A DNA stretch of 64,000 nucleotides, from assembly GCF_006345805.1 (NCBI RefSeq), contig NC_043001.1, forward strand, positions 6,076,001-6,140,000, written 5' to 3'. The notes under the pieces were generated by a model that worked only from the letters and a program-made list of their open reading frames with translations, had not been told where the DNA came from and made no database searches. The translations under genes and the position numbers were made by a program. Each line of letters opens with the position of its first letter. Position 1 is the first letter of the stretch. Source of the DNA: Octopus sinensis (taxonomy: Eukaryota). Of this stretch, positions 39,777 to 54,789 are shown one piece after another.

Positions 39777-40546
39777 ATATTTTTTCCCCAACTACCTCTA
39801 GTATACTGCATATAGTATATAAGATAATGAGAGATACTCAATTATTCACTGCAGTGCAAGATATTGTGAATTTCCTACACTCACAATTTATAGCATAGAT
39901 GTTTCTTCAACATGGATTCTACTTCATGCTTCACAGTATCAGGGGAATAACATAGCCGCAGTTATTTTTGCGCAGATATTTAATTCACACAGACGCATCT
40001 GATATAGGTTGAGGTCTCTAATCTAATGAATATTTTCTGTAATTGCATGAGGTAGTTCAGAATATCATACGCAGAAAATGGAAATTAGATGAAATCTTAT
40101 ACTTTCCATATAACTTTTAGGTTGTTCTGTTTTTTCGATACGTTCATTCTATCTGCTATATGTGATACATCACACAGAGACAGCTGTGGCAGACCTTTTT
40201 ATGATTTAATTAAGTAATTTGGAAGATAAAAGTCGATGATTAAAGAAACATTTCTACAAAACCAATTTCTGGTATAAACAAAGTATGGGAAATATGAAAT
40301 AGAGGTGGCAGAAGGAAGAACAACAAAGTCTGAAACCGGTCTCTCAGACTCATTGAACTTACTCATTATAGCAAAATATATATGCACATATCCACATTGC
40401 TATGCATTTTATGAATGGTCGTCACGTACATCTCAATAAATCACTCAATCAATATATTGCTGGAAAAATATTTTTTTCTTCCTAGGTTAACAAGGCTACC
40501 AATGGTTTCATGTGCCGGGGAATCCTTCAAAATAAAAAGTTATATA

Positions 40547-40650
<104 letters not shown>

Positions 40651-40824
40651 AGAGTGTATGAGTGCGCATGTATGCGTGTGTGTGTATATAGGTGTATATA
40701 TATATATATATATAATATATTTTGAGTAGTTGAACGAATTATTTTATTAAGGATAATTCGAAAGATAACCGAAACATATGTCGAGAATAAAGGATATTTG
40801 TTAACTAGTCGTTCAACTCCATTC

Positions 40825-40863
<39 letters not shown>

Positions 40864-40928
40864 GGTCCGGGTTGAGTCGGGGTTAACCACAGTAAATAAG
40901 GTACTCAATACATAGCAGAGTAAATTAA

Positions 40929-41047
40929 TTTATTTTATAGAAGGAGCTTCTACAGGACTAGAACTGTTTCATTCAAAAGAAATCATCCAGGATGATTTCT
41001 TTGAATGAAACAGTTCTAGTCCTGTAGAAGCTCCTTCTATAAAATAA

Positions 41048-41048
<1 letters not shown>
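40929..41048. repeat. Near-perfect 60-bp fold-back with a 1-nt spacer between (TA)n tracts
   Basis: 40929-40988 matches the reverse complement of 40990-41048, with a single 1-bp indel. Confidence 0.9.
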
Positions 41049-41133
<85 letters not shown>

Positions 41134-41170
41134 TATACATATACATATTACATACATGTATACATATATG

Positions 41171-41206
<36 letters not shown>

Positions 41207-41685
41207 CGGAGTAAACACATAAATGCTTTTATGTGTATAATTTAGATTCATATTCATACGTCTGTATATGTATGTATGGCGTTTACGCGCATCCTTTTGT
41301 GTATGTTGATATATATATGTGGATTTTAATATAAATATGTATTGCAGTATTTATAACAGGTTTAATTTCTATGCATTAATTTGTACTGTCTTCATTAACG
41401 GCAATAGGTTTTTTCCTCGGTTTTTTCCTCGGATTTTATAATTTTTATAAGTTTTTTTTATATATACATACATATATTTTTGACCTTTTTGTTTATCGCT
41501 CGAAGATTGACCGTTTTTTTTCTAAAGGGCCAATCAAACAAGTCCATTTCTTTTTAAAGGTGTAGCGTTTGTAAGAGTATAGATTGAATTAATATATAAG
41601 TTCCATTCTAGCAAAAACTGTCTGATGAACGGCAACGAGAAACTCAGAGTAACAGATTTTGTTGAATTCTGCTGCTTAAAATAAA

Positions 41686-41722
<37 letters not shown>

Positions 41723-43503
41723 AAGGTCACAATACATGTATGAAAGAGATTCAAATATTTTCATATGTTGAGAAAACTCAAATATATTTTTCATATGTTA
41801 TGGATATCTCAATTGCTTTCCACTTTCTCATGTACGGTGTAAATGCAGTGAGGATAGTGAAGTTAGGTCGCTAGAAATATCCTTTAATGTATCCCATATT
41901 AGATTTTTCCCTTTAATTTTGTCATTTTTGTTTGAATCGTTAATTTATGTGCTTCTATTCCTGAAAGTTTGTCAATTTATAAAGTGTGTAAGCTATTTGT
42001 ATCGTCATTTGTAAGTACGTAAGCTTCGATTGTAATCAACAGTTCTAGGAATGATATCCAGGTACAATATTTTATGGTGTTTAGATGAAAGAACCTCGCT
42101 AACATTTTGATTTTTTCTTTAATAATCTGGTATTTCCCGCTGTAGAATATATAATAATTAAGAATTCTCAACAGCATCATTAGAAACCAGTTAGCATTTG
42201 GCTCAAGTCTTTCAAACCATAAGAATTTTAAATAATTACAGATTTTACCTTTTGCTATTTTGCTCTACAAAAGTTGAAACTTTAGAAATGAATAGTAAAA
42301 AAACAACCCTCCTGTCGGTTTTCTGCTGCCTGCTGTGTTGCGCACATTGATATTATATATACATGTAGATATGATACATAAATTATGGTGCAAATTGACA
42401 CTATGCACATGCATAGTTTATTCTGTAATCAGTAAAATTATCCATGATACATTTAAATAACACGATAATTGGGAAAGTGTTGAGAATGTCAAGGGAAAAT
42501 GTATTTTCATTTGAGTGAATTGGAAAATAGATTCTCTGCTGGGAATTAAGGAATTACATTTACCAATATGAAGAGCTGAGTTTCCCCATATTGTTATTTC
42601 ATCATATTCACTTATAGCCGTCTAAAGTGTTTCTAGCGTTCCTTTCCTAGCAATTAAAAGGAGACTTAAATACATTTCAATTAAAAGAGAGTAATTAATG
42701 TCTCATATCACTGTAGAATTTCACTGTAGACACAATTGTCAGTGAATGGACCCTTTTCATTTATCTGGGTTAATATTTTTGTATTTTCTCTTCTTAACAC
42801 TCTTGATAATATGTGATGATGTGCGAAGAATTGTGTCGGGAGAAGATAATATTCACGAAATAATTTGAAGATGGTACCCCAGCAATACTGCAGGCTAAAA
42901 CAATTTGAAAAGTTAATTTTATAGATAGGGATTGTTGTTTTGGCACTATGAAATACAGTTAAAAATAATTTACACATTTGTTGTTTTTTCGCTTTATTTC
43001 ATGTTTTTACGATCGCGATGAAAAGCTATTTATTTACATATGGGATACAAAAGGGGGTTAACATTTAAAACAGAAGTGATTCATGTAATTTCAAGCATTA
43101 TAATTGATGTTTAATATACAAATAAATTTTATAGTTTAATACTTTTTTTAATAGTCATTTATAATTGCTTCAAAGGAATATGACATTTATTAATGTGGGG
43201 AAAAAACAGGTCAGGGTTCCGCACTTCTTCAATCATTATACTAAAGATATATCGATACATTCAGCTTATTGTGGTAATCAAAGATGGTGCAAATTTAGAT
43301 TACTAATGCATGGTTTTACATTGTTTAATTAAATACTTCAAAACTAATCATATATTTTAAACGTCATATCTTTTAAATGGTTGAAGCGTTGGTCTGCAGC
43401 CTTGCTGGACCATCACTTTTACGAGTTTTCAGAGTTATGTATGCACACACATACCTCACATACATATACACACATATATATACATACACATACTTATATA
43501 TAT

Positions 43504-43609
<106 letters not shown>

Positions 43610-43659
43610 CATACATATATATATATTTACCCATGTATATATACATACATATATATATA

Positions 43660-43957
43660 TCACGTGACCGACCAGACTATCAGATGTTGTTACACATCGC
43701 TGGTCACAATGCGTGCGCATTGTTTTTTAGCCTTTTAATGACGCCACCCCGCTGGCTAAGCGAGCATGCCAACAGAAGAAAGATTGGGAGAAAGAGTGGT
43801 GAAAGAGTACAGCAGGGATCACCACTTCCTGTCGGAGCCTCGTGGAGCTTTTAGGTGTTTTCGCTCAATAAACACTCAAAAAGGCCGGCCTGGGAATCGA
43901 AACTGCGATCTTCTGATCGAGAGTCCGCTGCCCTAACCACTGGGCCATTGCGCCACC
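43660..43957 (-). mobile_element. tRNA(Arg)-like-headed SINE (octopus OR-type by resemblance)
   Basis: Head reads GGCGCAATGGCCCAGTGGTTAGGGCAGCGGACTC..GTTTCGATTCCC. The body matches 45658-45930. Confidence 0.8.
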
Positions 43958-44436
43958 ACTTCTTCGTTGCCGTCTCCCATTGCAGCCTAAATCTGGAGTG
44001 TACCAATTTACGTGCAATATAATTCCATCACACCTACATTCATTCGACTGCCAGCCATACAATTGGTCTGGTTAGACACAGCGCCGTCCACCGCAAACAA
44101 GAATACATCCACTGACAACTTTTCAATGAGTTCAAAAATCTCATACACCCCACACCTAAACTTACATTAACCTGTCCGGGCCTGGAATCCTCCAAACGAA
44201 CGCATGACATGTCACTTAGACGAATTAGCACGTCATTTACTAGATAAATGTGTTGTCGTCAATGCTGCACGTTCCATAGCTCGTTTCAATATAAGTGTAA
44301 TACATATATATGGATATGTCATTTCAATCCCGAGTAATGACGGGAATCCCTGCTAGTTTATATACACACACATATACATATACATTTACATGTATGTATA
44401 AATATATATTATATATATGTAAGTATGTATGTATAT

Positions 44437-44469
<33 letters not shown>

Positions 44470-44502
44470 CTATATATATATATATATATATACGTCGTGC
44501 CT

Positions 44503-44551
<49 letters not shown>

Positions 44552-44584
44552 ATATATATATATATAATATATATACGTCGTGCT

Positions 44585-44720
44585 TTTCTCAGATTCCTTT
44601 ACAAGGATTTGGTCGACTCCTGCTTACAGTAGAGGCAACGTACCCAAGATATCACTGAGTAGGACTGAACCAGGTTGGGAAGCGAAGCTTCTTACGCTAC
44701 CGCCTCACCTGCACCTATCT
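44585..44720 (-). mobile_element. tRNA-derived SINE, family B, degenerate
   Basis: Contains ACAAGG.TTTGGTCG..CCCAAG..GGACTGAACC..CCTGCACCT. Confidence 0.6.
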
Positions 44721-45392
44721 AATAAGAAGTTTCGTACTCTATCCATATCTCAATCATTATAGAATATATTTCGCGTACATTTTTACAGAAGTGTTGTTGA
44801 TATTTTTCACACTTTCTTTGCTGTATTTTCGAAGATTATCACGTGGTATTTGCTGCAGCTTTTCTCGAACGACCATCTAAATATTTCATAGAATCTATCG
44901 AAGATTTCTGCACCAATATTTTATTCAATTAAACTCAGATAATTGAACGTTGCATCTCGTTTCTCACAACACTTAACTTTTAAAATGAATGAATAAATAT
45001 AGAACAATTTCAGCAGCTCTGGAAGTAAGATGTTCTTCTAAATATGACACATCGTCCGTACGAGCATGTAAGAAGAACACTTGAATATACAACCGCACCG
45101 ACTTGTAAATATACACATATAATGACAAATACACACGTCTTAGCACTCGTGACCATGAATTTTATATAATTATATATTTGCATTATGAATAAATATATGT
45201 ATACACATATGGATATATTCGTATGTGTGTGTGTGTGTGTGACTGTAATCGTGCGTAATATATAGCATTCTACTTGAATTAAGATTACATTTTTAAGTGT
45301 AAAAATATGGAAGAGTAGCATGGAGTTAAAATATATATCTACTACAAATATAGAGTACTCGTATTTATAATTGCATGGTTAATACATTCGAA

Positions 45393-45460
<68 letters not shown>

Positions 45461-45479
45461 TATATATATAATATATATA

Positions 45480-45555
<76 letters not shown>

Positions 45556-45619
45556 TTTGATACTTTGATAGGTTTCGGCCATTATTGGCCCAGGCCATGT
45601 CTAACTTAATAGCACCACC

Positions 45620-45650
<31 letters not shown>

Positions 45651-45657
45651 ATATATA

Positions 45658-45930
45658 CACGCAATGACTCAGTGGTTAGCGCAGCGGACTCGCGGTCGGA
45701 GGATCGCGGTTTCGATTCGCAGACCGGGCTGTTTGTGTTTATTGAGTGAAAACACCTAAAGCTCCACGAGGCCCCGGCGGGTGGGGTGACGACCCGTGTT
45801 GTACTCTTTCACCCCAACTTTCTCTCACACTTTCTTCCTGTTGCTTGAGTAACACTGCGATGGAATGGCGTCCAGTCTAGCTGGGGTGGGGGAACACATA
45901 AGCCATAGAAAACGGGAAACCGGGCCCATG
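45658..45930 (+). mobile_element. tRNA(Arg)-like-headed SINE
   Basis: Contains CAGTGGTTAG..GGACTCGCGG..GTTTCGATTC (TCG in the anticodon-like position) and AAAACACCTAAAGCTCCACGAGGC, shared with the 43.7-kb copy. Confidence 0.8.
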
Positions 45931-46044
45931 TATGTGTATATATTTATATTTGTGCGTATGTATATGTATATATGCATATATATATATATATATATACACA
46001 TATATATATATATGTATATATATACATATATGTATATATGTATA

Positions 46045-46123
<79 letters not shown>

Positions 46124-47222
46124 CAAAAACTGTATATATATATATACTTATATAGCATTATAACATATATGTATATATGAATATATATGGATATATTTAT
46201 GTGCGTAATTATATACATATGCACTCTGATGGGTTTTTCGCACACACAAGCACACACTCACACGCGCGCACAAACATTCACACACATACATATGTGTGTG
46301 TATGTGTCTATAGATATGTAGTAGGTATGTCTGTAAGTGTGTGTGCATCTATGTATATTTTGCTTTGTCTTTATATACATCAAGCTCTCAGATGCTCTTA
46401 TACATGCCTGGATCTTTATTCCTTGTAATACGCCCACATTTTCGACCTATCTTCAATATCAGCCGGATATTTCATTTTGGTTATATCACATTAACATCGT
46501 TTTCAACATGTACCAATGGATCTCATTCATATCACTCGAGAACTTCGGGTGGACCAATCCCGTTTGAGCGATTTCTACATGTTCAGTCATGTGAAGATTG
46601 TGTTTGAATTATTCTTTTTTCAGATCGTTCACTCCTATCTGAATGTCCAAGATCTCGCTTAAGATATGCTCTCTCACTGATATTCCTTGGTTACACACTT
46701 TCGATGTCGAAGTCACTCGTTGTTATGCCTCCTCCAATGTATGCCACGTTATATTATATTTCCGTACGTCGCTATGGAATACCCTGGCCTATAGCCTTTT
46801 GTCCAACTATGCCTGGGCCACACCTTTAGAAACGTCTGATACTATAACTACTTACGAATATAAATAAACACGACGATGAACATGTTGAGTCAGATACATA
46901 TGCCTTCTACATGTTCGAGAATTTTGCGCGAAATTTCACCTTGATTTCCTGGCGTATGTTCATTGCCTGGATCTAGTGGATACATTTCCTCAACTACTTC
47001 AGTTTCATTGGCCATATATTTCGTTAACATATTTTTTTTAAGATTTTGATGTCTACGTCAGATCTGTCGGTGTCCCGGATGACAAGATGAACTACATTCG
47101 TTAAATTGAGTGAGAATCCCAAGAGTGTTGGAGAATTTAACTGAGGTGATTTAGCAGTGGAGTAATAACTCACTTTACGAAGACTCGCTTCAGGACACCC
47201 CTGGTTTACGAGTTTTATTTCA

Positions 47223-47618
47223 TCTTTATATATAAAAGTGAAGTTGTGTGTCTGTCTCCTACGATTTAGATTCCTAACTACTCCCACATTTTGCGGTGCA
47301 GTGTAACCAAAAGCGGGTATCTTATAGTCGTGGTTGATATCGAGCCCTTCTGGGTATTAGCGCGAGTCTACGATGAGTCTACGATTTTTAAAAGAAATTA
47401 CCATCATTTTTTTCCGATTTTTAATGCATTTTGTTGCTAGTATATAAGGGAAGTAACTCTCTAAAAATGTATTATCAAATCTCAGAACGTAAAAAGCTAC
47501 AGTAACACCCCCCTTTGTGGTTTGCCATATTGAGATGGCTATTATACTTTACATCTCTAAAAATGCTTATATAGTTATTTCCCTTACAAACCCGAGCAAC
47601 GCCGGGCGATACTGCTAG
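47223..47618 (+). mobile_element. Non-autonomous Helitron
   Basis: Junctions are A|TC at the start and CTAG|T at the end, with a subterminal CCCG-AGCAACGC-CGGG hairpin. A second copy lies at 49170-49545. Confidence 0.8.
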
Positions 47619-48402
47619 TAATAAATAAAAAATGGTTCAACAGCCATTTTGTATGTATCGCAACGTCGCAACATGTGGCAAAACTGGTTCTGATCCGTCT
47701 ACACTGCAACGGAGTAACATGACGCATAAAATATCACCGCTTCTATGGGAAATCATTCATCTGCTTTATAAGTTTCTTTTTAAAATCTAATTAACTCGTA
47801 TATCGCGGCATTGCGGTAAATGGCATTTCTTCTTTTGATCATCTTTTCAAATTCAACCAGTTGGTGACTGGCGACTCATATTATAGGTAAATACTGAAGC
47901 TTGCTCTATAAGATATGTGATATTTTGTGCCTGATTGTAAGCATTTCAAGTTCGCACCCCCATTCGTCTCGCCGTATGAAAAGCTTTTTCATAATCTCAG
48001 AAGCCGACAAAAAGAGAAGATTAAACCATTTTCTTTGTGCTTGTACCTGTGTTAAATGATATTTGGGCTATTGTTGAATACAAATATACAGGTGTGTAAA
48101 TGGATGTGTTTGTGTTCACATGCATGTAAGTCCACTATATCTCTCTGTATACACTCACACGCGCACACGCACACACACATATTAATTAGAAGAAAAGCAG
48201 ACGTTTATATATTCAGTTTTATTGTGCAGTCAATCAACTTTTTCCAATTCTGCATATACATATGTTTCTGCTACAACCCGCATGGCTGGTGTATCCCTAA
48301 CAACCTAATCTGGAAATTTACCTATATGTGTGCGCATGAATATATATAGAGAGATACACAGACACATACATAAACACACACTCATATACTCATATATATA
48401 TA

Positions 48403-48543
48403 TTAGGTTGTCCCAAAAGTTCGTAAACACTTGCGAAAATTGAATTTTTACTCGCCAAGTACTAACAAAAACCACAAATATTATTCCTCAAAATAAGGAC
48501 TATTATTTTCCAAGATTTTCTACGAACTTTTGGGACAACCTTA
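48403..48543. mobile_element. Tc1/mariner-type MITE
   Basis: 21-bp perfect TIR AGGTTGTCCCAAAAGTTCGTA (48405-48425 and 48521-48541), flanked by TA. Confidence 0.8.
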
Positions 48544-48801
48544 TATTTATATATATATATATATATACTAGCCGTATCGGGCGGATTATAAGCTCGCTCC
48601 TGTGGAGGGCTCTTCAACATTAACACTTCATGGATTGAGTACATATTAAATATTTATTAAATAGACCAACATTTTTCAAGCAATGTACAATTTTCATTAA
48701 GCAATGATATAATTTGTCGATTTGGAACGTCTTGCAAAGCCGCATGATAAACAATATTTTTTGTCTTCCTATTCAGAGGTCAGTAACTTGTTTTGTATCT
48801 A

Positions 48802-48803
<2 letters not shown>

Positions 48804-48897
<94 letters not shown>
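48804..48897. repeat. (CT)n microsatellite
   Basis: Read directly. Confidence 0.97.
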
Positions 48898-48899
<2 letters not shown>

Positions 48900-49169
48900 T
48901 TCTGTTGATTGTTTTCAACTATCACCAGTACCAATACCATCGCCACCATAATTGAGATGCACACACCATTCAGAAGCCTCACGGCACCACCACCACCACC
49001 ATCACCTTCGCCTCCGCTTCTATTACAACTATAGCTCATACTATTACTATCACCCCACATGAGCAATAGTAAGAGTGTCAATGAATAGTGAGAGAGGGGG
49101 TTAAACTGTGACACACTGGCACACAGAAACTAATTTTCGCATTTAACATGTTATAAATATATATATATA

Positions 49170-49545
49170 CTAGCAGTATCGCCCGGCGTTGCTCGGGTTT
49201 GTAAGGGAAATAACTATATAAGCATTTTTAGAGAGTTATAGCCTAAAAATAGCCAAAAATGCATTAAAAATGGAAAAAAAATCGTTGACTCATCGTAGAC
49301 ATTTTTAGAGAGTTACTTCCCTTATATAATAGCGGAGAAAATGCATTAAGATGGAAAGAAATTATGGTAATTTTTTTTTTAAATCGTAGACTCATCGTAG
49401 ACGCGCGCTAATACCCAGAAGGGTTCGATATGAATCACGACTATAAGATACCCGGTTTTGGTTAAACTGCACCGCAAAATGTGGGAGTAGTTAGGAATCT
49501 AAATCGTAGGAGACAGACACATAACCTTACTTTTATATATAAAGA
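49170..49545 (-). mobile_element. Non-autonomous Helitron, second copy in opposite orientation
   Basis: Reverse-complement match to 47223-47618 with internal indels. Same TC start, hairpin and CTAG|T end. Confidence 0.8.
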
Positions 49546-49565
49546 CATATATATATATATGTATG

Positions 49566-49631
<66 letters not shown>

Positions 49632-50799
49632 TTATGTATGGAGTATATGGGTGCCTTTATAAGGGAGTTAAGTTCGTTGTCCAATAGCATTCTTCACGAC
49701 ACTCATACGACCTGTTGCATTCTTTTTTTCTCCTTTATATACGTCATGTAGCGCACATTTTCTACGAAGAAAATAACTAATACAATATTTTCCCAAAATA
49801 TTCTTTCATTGCATTTATGCAGAGGACATAGTAATTCCTCTCACCTGGCTTGTATCAATACCAGTCATTACAGGGGATTTTATTCACTATGCTGGAGAAC
49901 AAATACTTCCCTATGCCAACGTAACTTTATTCGATGATGTGCAGTGGGAAAGTGATGATTTTATGCACACACACACACACATATATATATACACACACGT
50001 ACACCTACCAATATAAGCTGCTTATTTTCCTTTGTAAACCTTGTTACCCCGTCACCTACTTTTTATCCATGCCACACTTGAAACCGTATCCCGTTTCTCT
50101 CACTTCCACAACTATTTGCTTTCCCAGTGAAATACTTTTTCTCATTTACCACACATCTGCCTACAATGTAGGTCCTACATTGCAACATAATTTTTTTCCA
50201 TTTCCACTCCATCTCCCTTCTTCCTTTCTAAATTACCCATATTTGTAAAATAAATGCCATGTATTATTAATTTTTTAATGTCTTCATAGAGAACGCCCCA
50301 ATTATTTTCTTCAATTAAATTGTATCTATTACACTTCCCTGAGTAAATTTATTTCAATACTTATTCGTTCACGAGAATGCCAACGCACATAACATATAAC
50401 ACCTCCATCCTCACACGAGGATCTTTTGTTCTCATTCATCTGTTTGTTCTGGTGTCAAATATGACGACATAGCCATGTGATATATTGCTATATCGGCTTC
50501 CTATTCCTCTGTCTGTGTGTATCTAGTATACGATGAGGCGAAATATTAATTAGGTCTACCTGATACATTAAATCTTTAATTCAATTATTTATTTGTTTAA
50601 TTACTCTTTCCTTTTTCACTTGTTTCTCTCATTAGAAAGCGGTAATGCTAGGGCACCTCCTTGAAGATCTTTAGTCGATCGAATTGATAACAAGATCATT
50701 TTTAACGTCTTGTGCTTATTCTATCGTAGTCTTTGCGACACCGCTATGTTACAGGGACATACACAAACCAAAACCTCATCTCCACCAGTGGCGGGGCAG

Positions 50800-50975
50800 A
50801 ATCATAACTACACACACACACACAATAGGATTCTTAGTTTTCGCCTCCCAAATCCACTAACAAGGCTTTGGTCGGCCCGCAGCTATAGTAGAAGACACTT
50901 GCTCAATTTACCCACAGAGGGACAGATTCCGGAAACGTGTTTGGGGAACAAACTTCACAACACACAGTGACACCT
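50800..50975 (-). mobile_element. tRNA-derived SINE, family B
   Basis: Contains CAAATCCACT.ACAAGGCTTTGGTCGGCCCG.AGCTATAGTAGAAGACACTTGC. Confidence 0.8.
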
Positions 50976-52079
50976 GTTAGTCTATGCACTTTTCTCTCTT
51001 AATCTGATTTTATGCGCTTATAATTGTAGATGTTTCATCGAAAACTCATCACCCATTTTGCTTAAATGCACTATTATATATATCCATATATAGTCTTCAC
51101 TCCCGCCGTATCCACTCTCACTTCATTACGCCTCTGACAAGAATAGGAAACGCCAGTAATTCCGCTTTAAGATTTTGACACCTTTCAATGTGTGTGTGTG
51201 TGTGTGTGTGTCTGTTTGTATACAGAGAGTGAAATAGGTAGATAAATAGATAGATAGATAAGTTTATCATTTTTCTTTTTAAATATATAGATAGATAGAT
51301 AGAAAGATAGATAGATAAGTTTCTATTTTCTTTTTAACTAGATAGATAGATAAATAGATAGACACAAATTTACTGTTTATTTATATAGATATTCGAATAA
51401 ATGACGGGTATCCAAAAGTGTAGCAAAGTGGTTTTACAACCGTTTAACCTTAATTATTATCTAACATTATCTGACGCAGTTAACTATTGCTGTACTTAAA
51501 ATGGAGTCTGTTTGTAAGAAAGATTTCTTATATCAATATTAAAGGACAAATGTGATTTATTCAATATTCAACCCTCATCTAGAAATTCCGAAATAATTGA
51601 GCCAGGGCAAGAAGGCGACATATTTACGAAGAATAATCAATAGCTTTGCGTTAGCAAGGGTTATTATTAATAAAATATATATTCGAAACAATATAATTTC
51701 TTCTATATTCTCAACATAATTCTCTCTATTCTTTTCCACTACTTTATATGGTTCATCTTAAAGAAGGGCAGCAGATTACAATTACGTGTAAATCTTCAGC
51801 AAAATACATTATTCTCGCCTTGTAATTTTGTTATCTTCAAGCTTTTATCTAATTTCGAAATTGTTTTCCTATACTAAGTGAACGTTATCTCAAACTTAAA
51901 CGAATAAACAGAAAATTTGAATAGAATTATCTACTTCTGTAAGTGTTTTTCCGCATCAGCTTTAAATTGAACAATATTGCGTTGTTATTTGAATTTCTCT
52001 AGACATTTTGAACTTTTAAAATAAAAGCCTTAAAGTACATCATTATGCGGGAATCAGAGTATGTATGTGCGTATGTATG

Positions 52080-52112
<33 letters not shown>

Positions 52113-52214
52113 TGGTGGGTGTGTGCATCTGTATGTATGTTTGGGTGTATGTGTGTGCATTTGCGTCAATGCGTGTTTTGTACATCAATATATGTTTAAC
52201 TGTAGAAACTTATC

Positions 52215-52425
52215 TTTTCTACTAAAGGTACAGTGCCTGGAATTTGTGGGAAGGGGACTAGTGGATTGCATCAATCCCAGTGATTCACTGGCATTTTACT
52301 TATCGACCCCGAAAAGATGAAAAGCAAAATCGAACTCGGCGGAATTTGAACTCAGAACGTAATGTCAGAAGAAATGCGGCTAGGCAGTTTTCCCGGCGTG
52401 CTAACAATTCTGCCACCTCGCCGTC
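52215..52425 (-). mobile_element. tRNA-derived SINE, family A
   Basis: Contains TATCGACCCCGAAA.GATGAAA.GCAAA..CTCGGCGGAATTTGAACTCAGAACGTA. Confidence 0.8.
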
Positions 52426-53457
52426 TTAAACAGTAAAATCTAAGAATCCGAACGTGTTTAACTACCAGTTCCCAACTGAGCAGATAATTACTTACCGTGG
52501 ACTTCTTTTTCAATGTGTATACATCAACTATATTTAAATAAATGTGCGTACATTTGGTGCGTGTGCATGTATATGCTTAAACGTATAATCATGTATGATA
52601 CTACATATCTATATATTACAATGTAATTAGCTTGATATAAATGCAGGGCCGCTGCTAAGCCCCAGAAAACCCTGTGGCCGCACGGGGCCTCCTCGGTGGA
52701 GGGGCCCCATGTTAAGATCAAAGTACGTAGATGAGTTATCGATTTACTTTGGTTAAGATGTTGAACAAGAATTAAACTTGCTATATTAACTGAAAATTTC
52801 AAGAAAGAAGATGGTAATGCATTGCACCTGCAAAAGTTCTCGTAAAAGTATTACATTGTACCACGAAACGTGCACCAGCATTTCTGGATTGTCTATGATA
52901 TCTGTTGAACTCGAAATTGCTTTCAGGTTGATTATTCTGAACTCATCGATGACTTCACGAATCGAAAACGCGACGTGTTTGTCTGAAATTTGTCTGGATT
53001 ATAAAAGTGCTCTTTTATTTATGTCGGGAAGTTTTACTTACTGATATTTTTAATAGAGATAAATAAATTCAACTTGTACATTTAAAGATGTTCTGTAGGA
53101 TAATGTGGAATTTTGAACTTCAGATAGAATAAAGTAAAATATGGTTATGAATAAAAGGTGCGTAGATTACGAAATTTTATTGAAGGGATGGACACCCAAC
53201 ACAAAGTGTTTCAGGGGACCGATAAGAGTCACGCAGTAAGAGCTGCATGAAGTTCACTGAAAAAAAAAGCTCTTTGGTAGCTGGTCTAGTAGGCTATAGA
53301 TACATTCTTAGGGGATTAGATTCACGAAACTTTACACTAGTTGGAAGAAACGTTAGCGCGCTGGGCGATATGCTTAACGGTATTTCGTCTATCTTTTCGT
53401 TTAAAGGCTGTGCTCCAGCAGGGCCACAGCCAAATGATTGAAACAAGTAAAAGAGAG

Positions 53458-53509
<52 letters not shown>

Positions 53510-53592
53510 TAAATTAGAGATAAAATCAAACAATGAAAAACATAAGCCAATACATAAAATTAATTTATATTATTTTAAATATATATCAAAAG

Positions 53593-53647
<55 letters not shown>

Positions 53648-53656
53648 TAGATAGAT

Positions 53657-53734
<78 letters not shown>

Positions 53735-54517
53735 TTATTGATCAACGGTGAGACAGATATATATCTACGTATGTATGTGTGTACATAAGTATGTTTGCAT
53801 GCGTGTGTTCGCGTACGTATGTGTGTGCTTGTGTGTGTTTGTGTGTGTACGGGGGCAGATGCAAACATCTAATGTGCCATTTCACCACACCAACAATACA
53901 AAGTTATTTTAACGTGAATACTTCACAACAATTCTAAACAAGTGAACGACTTCTATATAACAGATAATTGAACGACTTAAATGCTTCATTTTCACGTTAA
54001 TACGAAAATACTCAAAGATGTCTACCGCTTCTATTTCTTCATCTTGTCATACCGCTAATGAAATTTTCCTTATCTTGGACTTCGCGAAACGAAATAGCTG
54101 CGAAATTGTCTCAAATTTGAAAGATAACTGGGATTTCAAATTTCAGATAACAGAATTAGTTTGTAATTCGTAGGCTAATCACGGTCCATCAGCACGTAGA
54201 CATAATGTAAGCTGTTTTGCTTACAAACTGTAACGATGGCATTATTGAACATTGCTTCTATAATGGTAATATAAGAATCGGAGGATTTGTACTGAGATAA
54301 TAGATGTGACGTTAATCTTACTAAAAAGGATGCTGAAACAAATAAAGTTTAATTTATGAGGTGAAATGCCTGACCTTTTCAATAATAAGTTCTATTTTCC
54401 ATAGGTTTATGGGTAGTTATACACAAACATATTGGAGCTAGTTGAATTGGAAATAACAATGTTAACACACGCACACATACACTCATACATATACATACAG
54501 ACACATAAAAATACACA

Positions 54518-54740
54518 CGAGCTGGCAGAAACATTAGCACGCCGGGCGAAATGCGTAGCCGTATTTCATCTGCCACTATGTTCTCAGTTCAAATTCCACC
54601 GAGGTCGACTTTGCCTTTCATCCTTTCAGTGTCGATTAAATAAGTACCAGTTACGCACTGGGGTCGATCTAATCGACTTAATCCGTTTGTCTGTGCTTGT
54701 TTGTCCCCTCTGTGTTTAGCCCCTTGTGGGTAGTAAAGAA
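54518..54740 (+). mobile_element. tRNA-derived SINE, family A, monomer plus linker
   Basis: Head GAGCTGGCAGAAACATTAGCACGCCGGGCG, then the core and a linker ending GGTAGTAAAGAAA. Confidence 0.88.
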
Positions 54741-54789
54741 AAAGATACACACTCACTTTTTTTTTATATATAGGCATTCAGGTTAAGTT

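Noticed and set aside
46340-47020. Possible transposase remnant
   Set aside because: No DDE/D or other motif could be identified by hand.
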